Positions 45,847 through 53,971 of a stretch of DNA of 64,000 nt are shown in pieces. The stretch is from an uncultured delta proteobacterium (lineage in GTDB: Bacteria; Myxococcota_A; Polyangia; Polyangiales; Polyangiaceae). Position 1 is the stretch's first letter; every line of letters begins with the position of its first letter. Under the pieces are notes generated by a model. It had not been told where the DNA came from. It saw only the letters and a list, made by a program, of their open reading frames with translations, and made no database searches. Both the position numbers and the translations under genes were made by a program. The stretch lies in the NCBI GenBank assembly GCA_963806225.1, contig CAWDXG010000001.1:480001-544000 (forward strand). Direction: 5' to 3'.

Positions 45847-46263
45847 GTGACGGTACACCAACAAACCCTGGAAGTGCCCACCTCCGGCCGCGGCTTTTCC
45901 GATCTCGGCTCCCGCCTGCGGCAGATCGTGCGCGAGAGCGGCGTGCGCGTGGGCCTGTGCACGGTGTTCGTGCGCCACACCTCGGCGAGCCTGGTCATCC
46001 AGGAAAATGCCGATCCGGCGGTGTTGCGCGATCTGGAGCGCTGGATGGCCGAGCTCGCTCCCGAGTCGCGCCGCTGGGAGCACGACGCTGAAGGCGACGA
46101 CGACATGCCCGCCCACGCGCGCTCGGCCCTGACGCGGAGCTCCGAGTCCATCCCGGTGGTCGACGGGGAGCTCGCGCTCGGTACCTGGCAGGCGCTGTAC
46201 CTGTGGGAGCACCGCGCGCGGCCGCACCGCCGCCAGGTCGTGGTGCACGTGAGCGGCGAATGA
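45847..46263 (+). CDS. yjbQ: YjbQ/UPF0047 family protein
   Basis: HTSASL.IQENADP.V..DL, H..EG.DDMPAH and LGTWQ.LYL.EHR. Confidence 0.92.
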   Translation: MTVHQQTLEVPTSGRGFSDLGSRLRQIVRESGVRVGLCTVFVRHTSASLVIQENADPAVLRDLERWMAELAPESRRWEHDAEGDDDMPAHARSALTRSSESIPVVDGELALGTWQALYLWEHRARPHRRQVVVHVSGE

Positions 46264-46276
46264 GTGGAGCACCGAC

Positions 46277-46774
46277 ATGAGCCTGCCCGAGACACCCTGC
46301 GCTTTCGACGAGGCATTCCTCGCCGACCTGCCCTATGACCCCGAGGTGCTGCTGTTCGATCAGCTGCTCGAGGCCGACGCCGGAGAGCGCAGGGTGCGCT
46401 GCCGCATGCCCACTGATCGCCCGCTGCCGTTCACCGACAGCCAGCGCGTCCATCCGACGCGCCATCCGCGCCACGTGGCCGGCGCCGTCATGGTGCACGC
46501 GACCGGCATGCTCGGCTTCGTCCACGCGTACTATCTGCTCGGCCTGCGCCATCACCAGGGATGGGTGGGCTACGGGAGCAACATCCACAAGGTGTCGTTC
46601 CGCAAGCTGGTGCCGCCCGGCTCGCCCATCGAAGCCACCTGTACGGCCACGCGCCAGCGCCTCGGCAAGGCGCGCCACGTCGTCCGCTACAACTTCGAGT
46701 TCCGGCACGAAGGCGAGATCTGCTACGAGGGCGACCAGAGCGCGTTCTGGCTCAGGATCGACGACGAGGCCTGA
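46277..46774 (+). CDS. Hot-dog fold (FabA/FabZ-like) protein
   Basis: LPY.P..LLFD; H..G..M; V.FRKLV.PG. Confidence 0.65.
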   Translation: MSLPETPCAFDEAFLADLPYDPEVLLFDQLLEADAGERRVRCRMPTDRPLPFTDSQRVHPTRHPRHVAGAVMVHATGMLGFVHAYYLLGLRHHQGWVGYGSNIHKVSFRKLVPPGSPIEATCTATRQRLGKARHVVRYNFEFRHEGEICYEGDQSAFWLRIDDEA

Positions 46775-46828
46775 CGTCATGGCGAGCCCGCGAGGCTCTG
46801 GCGATGGGCCTGGCGCTCCCGGGCGACC

Positions 46829-47203
46829 TCAGGCGGGGTAGTAGCGGGTCGCCCGCTTGTGCCCCTCGGTGCGGATGCGTCCGGCTCGCAGCAGACGCTG
46901 CACCGGTAGCATCAGCTCGCGGCTGGTGAGGCCGAGATCGCCGGAGAGCTCCTCCATGCGCCGCCCCGGCGTGGACCGGATGTGGCGCTCGAGCGCGGCG
47001 ACGGTGCGCTCGATCTGGGCGCGCGTGCGCTTTGCGTTCGTCCGCGGAGCAACCAGACGGTAGGGCGCCTTCGCCGGGGAAATTGCCGGCTCCCCCGCAA
47101 GAACGCGCGACACGGACTCGAACGCGACGCGGCGTACGAGCTCGCTCATATCCGCCGCGAACGCCGTGATGCACTCTTCTATCCTGTCGTGGACGTCGGA
47201 CAT
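46829..47203 (-). CDS. Small DNA-binding protein (N-terminal helix, basic linker, C-terminal winged helix)
   Basis: I...PG.RMEEL...LG....L..PV..L...G.I...G.KRATRY is a wHTH-like pattern. Confidence 0.7.
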   Translation of the reverse strand: MSDVHDRIEECITAFAADMSELVRRVAFESVSRVLAGEPAISPAKAPYRLVAPRTNAKRTRAQIERTVAALERHIRSTPGRRMEELSGDLGLTSRELMLPVQRLLRAGRIRTEGHKRATRYYPA

Positions 47204-47356
47204 GTCGGGGATGGGACTAACGTCGACTCGGTGTTTTCGTCAAGCTGCGTGTAGAGACAAAGAGACTTGATCCAGGTCCTGGTAGAACCCTCGACAGTGA
47301 GGGGACGCCTGGAGCGGGCCGGGGCGGCTTCGGGCTCGTGCTAGACTTGGCCCGGC

Positions 47357-48376
47357 ATGCAGGATGGCACGCAGTATTCCGGGCTCCCGGAGCGGCTCCG
47401 CCGCCGCACCGGCTCGGTGCTGGTCGACAGTTTCTTCCGCGGCCTGGCGGGGGCCGGCCGGTTGCACCCGCGAGCGCGACCCGAAGCGCACAACGTGGAA
47501 GTGATCCACAACGTGCCGTACCGGTCGACCGGGCTCGACGAGCACCTGCTGGATGTCTACCGGCCCGCCGGCGCAGCGCCGGATGCGCTCCTGCCCGCCG
47601 TGCTCTACGTGCACGGAGGAGGTTTCCGCATCCTGAGCAAGGACACGCACTGGCTGATGGGGCTTGCCTTCGCCCGGCGCGGCTACGTCGTTTTCAACAT
47701 CAGCTACCGCCTCGCGCCGGAGCATCCATTTCCGGCGGCGCTCGAGGACGCCTGCTCGGCGCTCGGGTGGGTGGCGGAGCACGCTGGGAGCTACGGCGGC
47801 GACGCTTCCCGGCTGGTCCTTGCCGGCGAGAGCGCCGGCGCCAACCTGGTCACTTCGCTCGCCGTGGTCACGTCCTATCCGAGGAGCGAGCCGTGGGCCC
47901 GCGCCGTCTGGGATCGGGGGCTCCAGCCGCGGGCGGTCGTTCCTGCCTGCGGCATGCTGCAGGTGTCGAACCCAGAGCGCTTCCGCCAGCGCTGGCCGCG
48001 CATGAAAGCATTCATCAACGACCGGCTGCTGGAGGTGAGCGACGCCTACCTGAAGGGCAGCGCGAGCCAGGCCAGCGGGACCATGGATCTGGCGGACCCG
48101 CTCGTGCTGCTGGAGCGCGGCATCCAGCCGGAGCGTCCGCTGCCGCCGTTCTTCGTGCCGTGTGGCACCAAGGACCCGCTGATCGACGACTCGCAGCGGC
48201 TGGCCGTGGCGCTCGAGCAGCTCGGCGTGCAGCACGAAGCCCAGTACTATCCGGGCGAGGTGCACGCGTTCCACGCAATGATCTGGCGCCGCAACGCGCG
48301 GCGTTGCTGGGCTCACACCTTCAGCTTCCTGGAGCGGCAGGGGGTCGAGGGCGCGCGAGCGGCTGGCCGGGGCTAG
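47357..48376 (+). CDS. Alpha/beta hydrolase (HSL-family esterase)
   Basis: HGGG, YRLAPEHPFP, GESAG, DPL and HAF. Confidence 0.93.
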   Translation: MQDGTQYSGLPERLRRRTGSVLVDSFFRGLAGAGRLHPRARPEAHNVEVIHNVPYRSTGLDEHLLDVYRPAGAAPDALLPAVLYVHGGGFRILSKDTHWLMGLAFARRGYVVFNISYRLAPEHPFPAALEDACSALGWVAEHAGSYGGDASRLVLAGESAGANLVTSLAVVTSYPRSEPWARAVWDRGLQPRAVVPACGMLQVSNPERFRQRWPRMKAFINDRLLEVSDAYLKGSASQASGTMDLADPLVLLERGIQPERPLPPFFVPCGTKDPLIDDSQRLAVALEQLGVQHEAQYYPGEVHAFHAMIWRRNARRCWAHTFSFLERQGVEGARAAGRG

Positions 48377-49287
48377 GGCGGGAGCGTCTTGACGAACGCG
48401 CGAGCGACGTCGCGCGGGCTCTGCCCGTGGATGTCGACCTCGGCGTTCATGCGGCGCATGCGCGCGTCGTCGATGCGCCCGGCGAGCACACCGAGCACGC
48501 GCCGTAGCCCGGGGTGGGCCAGCAGGGTGCCCTGGCGGATCAGCGGTGCAGCCTGGTAGGGCGGGAAGAAGTGCCGGTCGTCGCGCAGCACGACCAGACC
48601 GAGCTTGTCGATGCGTCCGTCCGTGGCGTAGGCGCTGATCACGTCGACCGCGCCATCGGCGAGGGCGCGGTACATGAGGCCGGCTTCCATGCTGCGTGGC
48701 GCGTCGCTGAAGTGGATGCCGTAGCGCTTCTCGAGGCCGGGATAGCCGTCGCGGCGCGCCAGGAACTCGGCGGTGAAGCCCGCACGCAGATCGGGATGGC
48801 CGGCGAGGTCGGAGATGCGCCGGACGCCGAGACGCCGGACCGTCGAGCGTCGCATCGCCAGGGCATAGGTGTTGTTGAAGGCGAGGGGCGGAAGCCACAC
48901 CAACGCCCAGCGCCGCGAGAACTCGCGGCGCACCGTCGAAAGGACCTGCCCCGGGTCCGTCGACGCGGGGCGATCGAGGATCGCCATCAGCCCGGTGCCC
49001 GTGTACTCGGGATACACATCGATTGCGCCCTGCGTGAGCGCCTGGAAGCAGACCTGCGTTCCTCCCAGGTCCAGGCGCCGCTGCACGGCGAGGTGCGTGC
49101 GCTTCTCGATCAGCTCCGACATGATTTCCCCGAGCAGGATCCCCTCGGTGTCCGCCTTGGAGCCGATGCTGATCGTATCGCGGCGCGCGCCGTGCGCGTC
49201 GATCAGGGCGAACACGCCGCGGAAGATCGCGAACGCGGCGAGCACGAAGCCCATGAGCCCCGCGACCGCCCAGAGCCGTGCCCGCAA
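48373..49287 (-). CDS. Osmoprotectant (glycine betaine/choline) ABC transporter substrate-binding protein
   Basis: IGSK..TE, IDVYPEYTGT, FNNTYALA, AYATDG and DDRHFFPPY. Confidence 0.92.
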   Translation of the reverse strand: MRARLWAVAGLMGFVLAAFAIFRGVFALIDAHGARRDTISIGSKADTEGILLGEIMSELIEKRTHLAVQRRLDLGGTQVCFQALTQGAIDVYPEYTGTGLMAILDRPASTDPGQVLSTVRREFSRRWALVWLPPLAFNNTYALAMRRSTVRRLGVRRISDLAGHPDLRAGFTAEFLARRDGYPGLEKRYGIHFSDAPRSMEAGLMYRALADGAVDVISAYATDGRIDKLGLVVLRDDRHFFPPYQAAPLIRQGTLLAHPGLRRVLGVLAGRIDDARMRRMNAEVDIHGQSPRDVARAFVKTLPP

Positions 49288-49290
49288 CGC

Positions 49291-49911
49291 TCAGCTCCCC
49301 CTGAGCCCCGGCGGCACCAGCTTGCGTTCGAGCAGCGCCAGCAGCCCGTCGAGCACGAGCGCCAGGAGCGCCGCGGGCACGGCGCCCATCAGGACCGTCC
49401 GCATGTCGACCATGGCGATGCCGCGGAAGATGAACTTGCCGAGGCCGCCCGCGCCCACCAGCGCGGCCAGTGTCGCGACGCCGACGTTGATCACCGTCGA
49501 GGTACGGATGCCGCCCATCACGACCGGCAGCGCCTGGGGCAGGGCGATGTGCAGCAGGATCTGCCGGGGCTGCATGCCCATGCCGCGCGCTGCGTCGACC
49601 ATGGCCGGGTCGATGCCGCCGAGGCCGGCGTACGTGTTGCGCACGATCGGCAGGAGCGCATACAGGAACAAGGCGACCAGCGCGGGCTTTTTGCCGATCC
49701 CCAGCAGCGGAATGAGCAGACCCAGAAGTGCGAGGCTGGGCACGGTCTGGATCATCCCGACGAAGGCCAGCACGGGCGAGGCCAGAAACCGCTGCCGCAC
49801 CAGATAGGCTCCGAGCGGGACGCCGATGACGACCGCAATGCCGACGGCGATGGCGGTGAGCTCGAGGTGTTCCGCCGTGGCCACCAACAGGGCATGCCAG
49901 TCCAGGCTCAT
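49291..49911 (-). CDS. Osmoprotectant ABC transporter permease
   Basis: QTVPSLAL, YALLPIVRNT, DAARGMGM and GAGGLG. Confidence 0.93.
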   Translation of the reverse strand: MSLDWHALLVATAEHLELTAIAVGIAVVIGVPLGAYLVRQRFLASPVLAFVGMIQTVPSLALLGLLIPLLGIGKKPALVALFLYALLPIVRNTYAGLGGIDPAMVDAARGMGMQPRQILLHIALPQALPVVMGGIRTSTVINVGVATLAALVGAGGLGKFIFRGIAMVDMRTVLMGAVPAALLALVLDGLLALLERKLVPPGLRGS

Positions 49912-50870
49912 CACCACACCGCCTCGAGCAATTGGCTCCTCGACAGGAAACAGGTGCGCTCACCGTCGGCGACGGCGGCCGTGTCCCCGCCTTCCTGCTC
50001 CAGCCGGTCCAGTGCGTCGTGCAGGCTGAGTGCCGCGTCCAGCTCGATGCTGGCTGCTCCGGGCGGCCGCGTCGCTTTTCCCAGCTCGCACAGCTCACCG
50101 AGCACGGTGGTGTGCAGTCTCAGCTCGCGGCGACGGCGTCCCAGCATGGCCTTCACGAAGTCGTCCGCCGGGCGGCGGACGATGTCGGCCGGTGTGCCGA
50201 GCTGGACGAAGCGGCCGTCCCTCATCACGGCGATGCGGTCGCCGAGGCGGACAGCTTCCTCGATGTCGTGCGTGACGAGCACGAAGGTCGTGTCGAGTCG
50301 CCGTACCAGTGCGGAAAACTCCTCGACCAGCTTCTCGCGCGTGATCGGGTCGAGCGCGCCGAACGGCTCGTCCAAAAGCACGAGCGGCGGATCGGCGGCG
50401 AGCGCGCGGGCGATGCCGACGCGCTGTCGCTGTCCGCCCGATAGTTGTCGTGGATAGCGGTCGCGGTGCTCGGCAGGCGGGAGCCCGACCATGTCCAGAA
50501 GCTCGTCGACCCGCGAATCGATGCGCCTGCGGGCCCAGCCGAGCAGCTCCGGTACGACCGCGACGTTCTGCCGGACGGTGTAGTGCGGGAACAGTCCGAC
50601 CTCCTGGATGGCGTAGCCGATGCGGCGGCGGAGCGCGGCTGGGTCGGCATCGGTGATGTGCTCGCCGAGCACCTCGATGTCACCGAGCGACGCCTGTTCC
50701 AGGCGGTTCATCATGCGCAGCGTCGTCGTCTTGCCGCAGCCGCTCGGGCCGATCAGGACCAGCCGCTCGCCCTCGCCCACTTCCAGATCGATTCCGCGCA
50801 CCGCCCAGGCGTCGCCGAAGCGTTTCGACACGCCTTGCATCCGTACCAGCGCCACCCCTCCGTCTCCCAC
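49911..50870 (-). CDS. Osmoprotectant ABC transporter ATP-binding protein
   Basis: GPSGCGKTT, LSGGQRQR, LLDEPFGALDP and VTHD. Confidence 0.94.
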   Translation of the reverse strand: MGDGGVALVRMQGVSKRFGDAWAVRGIDLEVGEGERLVLIGPSGCGKTTTLRMMNRLEQASLGDIEVLGEHITDADPAALRRRIGYAIQEVGLFPHYTVRQNVAVVPELLGWARRRIDSRVDELLDMVGLPPAEHRDRYPRQLSGGQRQRVGIARALAADPPLVLLDEPFGALDPITREKLVEEFSALVRRLDTTFVLVTHDIEEAVRLGDRIAVMRDGRFVQLGTPADIVRRPADDFVKAMLGRRRRELRLHTTVLGELCELGKATRPPGAASIELDAALSLHDALDRLEQEGGDTAAVADGERTCFLSRSQLLEAVW

Positions 50871-50876
50871 GCGCGC

Positions 50877-51659
50877 TCAGCCGCCCTGGCAGTGCAGGCC
50901 GAACTCAAGCACGTACTGGTAGGGGAGCTTGTCGAAGCTCCCGCACTTCTTGTAGCCCGCCTGCTGCATCTCGCGCGTGGTCTGTTCCGGGGGGATGCGA
51001 TGCTTCTCGGGGGGACCCACCGGGAGCTTGCCCATGCGGAAATCGACAATCACGACGCGACCGTGAGGGGACAGCTCGGGCGCAACGCCGCGGAAGTACG
51101 CCGCGCGATCCTCGATGTGATGGTAGGTGTCGACCACCAGCGCCAGATCGATCGGTCCCTTCACGTTCGGGCTCGTGGCGCTTCCGAGCGCCGTGGAGAT
51201 ATTGCCGAGCCCCTCCTGCCGGGCGCGGTGGTCGATGTACTTCAGCATCGTCGGTTCGATGTCGACAGCGACGACCTTGCCGCGGGGGGCCGCGCGCGCC
51301 AGGCGCACCGTGAAGTACCCGGTGCCGGCACCGATATCCGCCACGCGCGCGTCGGGCGAAAGCGCCAGTGCCTGGATCACCGCATCGGGCTTCTGCCACT
51401 CGTTGCGCGAAGGATCATCGAAGATCTTCGCCCACTTCGCCGCGTTCTTGAAGCGATGGTGCGCGCTGCCGCACACATGCCGGTGCTCCGGGGGCGAGGC
51501 GAGTGCCGCGTCGGCCGTGGCCAGCGCGGCTGCGCTCGAGGGCGCGGGCTGCGCGGCGGCGGAAGGCGCGGGCGCGGGCGGGGCGGCAGCGGGCGGGGCG
51601 GCCTGCGTGCAGGCGGAGAGACCGACGAGGAGTGCGAGCGTGATTCGCTTGAGCAGCAT
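50877..51659 (-). CDS. Class I SAM-dependent methyltransferase with lipoprotein signal
   Basis: Lipobox LSAC; WQKP..VI; VADIGAGTGYF; DTYHH. Confidence 0.88.
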   Translation of the reverse strand: MLLKRITLALLVGLSACTQAAPPAAAPPAPAPSAAAQPAPSSAAALATADAALASPPEHRHVCGSAHHRFKNAAKWAKIFDDPSRNEWQKPDAVIQALALSPDARVADIGAGTGYFTVRLARAAPRGKVVAVDIEPTMLKYIDHRARQEGLGNISTALGSATSPNVKGPIDLALVVDTYHHIEDRAAYFRGVAPELSPHGRVVIVDFRMGKLPVGPPEKHRIPPEQTTREMQQAGYKKCGSFDKLPYQYVLEFGLHCQGG

Positions 51660-51682
51660 GCCGGGCCTCTAGCACATTGCGG

Positions 51683-52558
51683 CTACAGACCGCGGAGCGC
51701 CTCGGGTTTGAGCAGGCGCTCGTCGCGGGCCCCCAGCACGTGGTCGAGCACTTCGAGCACCTGCTCCCGGTCGCGGGGCAGCTCCGACGTGAGCGGCAGG
51801 TAGTTGCTGGCGTGGTTGGCCGAGAAGCGGCAGGCGCTGAGCTCGGCGCCGGCCACGATCGTGCGGAGCTCCTGCAGCATGCCGAAGCGGTCAGGCAGCT
51901 CGAAGCCGCCCTGTGCGGCGAGCTCGAAGAGCGGCGTGCCCGGTACCAGTGTCGTCGTCAGCGCGCCGGCGAAAGGCGGATCCATCTCCGAAAGCAGGCT
52001 CGCGGTCCCGGACGCGTGCGCCGCGGACAGCTTCCGCCCTCCGACGCCCAGCAGCACCATCACCGAATGCGCGATACCGGCCTTCCGGAGCTTGTGCGCC
52101 GTCTCCGCGCATTCGGCGCGCGTGCCGCCCTTGTCGATGAGCTCGAGCACCTCGTCCGAGCCCGACTCGACGCCGTGGTAGACGATGCCCAGCCCGGCCT
52201 CGCGCAGCGCCGTCAGCTCCTCCACGCTCTTGTTGCCCACGCTGCGCGTGTCGCCGTACACGCCCACCCGCTCCACCCACGGCAGCCGCTCGCGGATCCC
52301 GGCGAGGATCTCCAGCAGACGCCGCGTGGAGAGGATGAGGGCGTCGCCGTCGCAGAGGAATACGCGCCTGGAGCGCGGCCCGAGGCGCGCCGCCTCGTTG
52401 ATGTCGCGCTCGACCACTTCCCGCGGCTTCGCCGAGAAGCGCTTGTCGCGGTACATGTCGCAGTACGCGCAGCGGTTGTGGCTGCAGCCGACGCTGACCT
52501 GGAGCAGCAGACTCTGCGCTTCGCTTGGCGGGCGGAAGATGCGGCCGACGTAGTCCAT
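51683..52558 (-). CDS. Radical SAM protein
   Basis: RPPSEA.S..LQ...GCSHNRCAYCDMY Cys triad; FL.DGDA; GVESG; NHASNY. Confidence 0.9.
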   Translation of the reverse strand: MDYVGRIFRPPSEAQSLLLQVSVGCSHNRCAYCDMYRDKRFSAKPREVVERDINEAARLGPRSRRVFLCDGDALILSTRRLLEILAGIRERLPWVERVGVYGDTRSVGNKSVEELTALREAGLGIVYHGVESGSDEVLELIDKGGTRAECAETAHKLRKAGIAHSVMVLLGVGGRKLSAAHASGTASLLSEMDPPFAGALTTTLVPGTPLFELAAQGGFELPDRFGMLQELRTIVAGAELSACRFSANHASNYLPLTSELPRDREQVLEVLDHVLGARDERLLKPEALRGL

Positions 52559-52667
52559 GGGCGGCGCATTATAGACGCCCCGGAGCGACATGCCCGCGCC
52601 GGGCACTTGCGCCGGGCCCGGGCGTGCGCCAGGTCCATGGTTGGCGCATGGAATTCCGACCGTCGTG

Positions 52668-53867
52668 ATGGCCTATCTCGCCCCCGTATCCGCGCTCGCG
52701 GTGCTGGTGGTCGTCGTGCTGGCGGCCCTGTTCCGCTCCCGGCCGTATGCGGTCTTCCGCGCGGTGACGCTGGGCGTCCACACGCTCATCGTGCTGGCGC
52801 TCGCCCCGCGCTTCGCGGCCGTGCTGCCGCTGTATGTGTATCTGCACGCGAGCGTGTACGCGCATTCGCTGTCGCTGGTGTGGCCGCGCATGCGCCCGCT
52901 CGGCTACCGCCTTCTGGTCAGCATTCCGGCGGCCTTCTTTGGCGCGGGGACGCTGCTCTCGCTGCCCTGGGCGGTGCTGGCCGCGTTCGGCGTCCGGCTG
53001 CCGCTGGTCTGGCTGCCCTACGCCGTGGCGGCGGTCGGCGTCGCGCAGTCGCTGTGGAGCCGGGAAGAGGACGTCGACGTGGTGGTCCGCGACGGGCACG
53101 TGGTGGACGGCGTAAAGCGCCACCGGTCGCTCGAGGCGCGCAGCGAGCGCCCGCTCCACATCGTGCAGATCACCGATCCGCACCTCGGGCCCTTCATGTC
53201 GGTCTCGCGGCTGCGGCGCATCGCCCGGCGCGCGGTCGAACGCCAGCCGGACCTCGTGGTGCTCACCGGCGACTTCCTCACCATGGAGTCGCAGGGCGAT
53301 CCGGCTCTGCTCGCCCGCGCGCTCGAGCCGCTGGCAGCGCTCGAGGGGCGCGTGTTCGCGTGCCGCGGCAACCACGACCTCGAGGCCCCACGCACGGTGG
53401 CGGACGCGCTCGGTCGCATCGGCGCCCGGCTTCTCGTCGACGAGGCGGCCGAGCTCGACACCGCCGCCGGACGCGTGCAGATCCTGGGCGTCGACTTCGC
53501 GTGGCGGGGCCGGTCAGAGCGTCTGGCGGCGACGTGCCAGGCCCATCCGCGCCGGCCCGGGGCGCTGCGCGTGGTGCTGCTGCACGACCCGGGGGCCTTC
53601 AAGCATCTGCCGCCAGGCGAGGCCGATCTGGTGCTCTCCGGCCACACGCACGGTGGTCAGGTGGGCCTCGTGAGCCTGGGTCTGCCGTGGACCATGCTCC
53701 GCGTGTTGATGAACGCGCCGGATCACGGTCTGTGGGCGCGGGGCACCGACCGGCTCTACGTGCACCGCGGCACCGGTCACTACGGCTTCCCGCTCCGGCT
53801 CGGCGTGCCGGCCGAGCAGAGCCTGCTCAGGGTGCACGCGCCGGCCGAGCCCCCGGTGTCGTCCTGA
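52668..53867 (+). CDS. Membrane-anchored metallophosphoesterase (YkuE-like)
   Basis: N-terminal TM segments; DPH, TGD, GNHD, LLHDP and SGHTHGGQ. Confidence 0.92.
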   Translation: MAYLAPVSALAVLVVVVLAALFRSRPYAVFRAVTLGVHTLIVLALAPRFAAVLPLYVYLHASVYAHSLSLVWPRMRPLGYRLLVSIPAAFFGAGTLLSLPWAVLAAFGVRLPLVWLPYAVAAVGVAQSLWSREEDVDVVVRDGHVVDGVKRHRSLEARSERPLHIVQITDPHLGPFMSVSRLRRIARRAVERQPDLVVLTGDFLTMESQGDPALLARALEPLAALEGRVFACRGNHDLEAPRTVADALGRIGARLLVDEAAELDTAAGRVQILGVDFAWRGRSERLAATCQAHPRRPGALRVVLLHDPGAFKHLPPGEADLVLSGHTHGGQVGLVSLGLPWTMLRVLMNAPDHGLWARGTDRLYVHRGTGHYGFPLRLGVPAEQSLLRVHAPAEPPVSS

Positions 53868-53941
53868 AGGCACAGCGACGCGAGTTCACGCTTCCACGCC
53901 CCGGAGACTGCAAGTTACCGTGATCCATAGCGATTGTCGCG

Positions 53942-53957
53942 AGGCACGGGCGTTGCA
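53942..53957 (+). promoter_or_regulatory. Sigma-54 promoter
   Basis: AGGCACGGGCGTTGCA, 14 nt before the ATG at 53972. Confidence 0.65.
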
Positions 53958-53971
53958 GCCGTGCTCTTCCC

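Noticed and set aside
47204..47356. Relatively AT-rich intergenic region as an ncRNA or tRNA (also 63424-63536)
   Set aside because: No cloverleaf or recognisable riboswitch; adequately explained as promoter regions.
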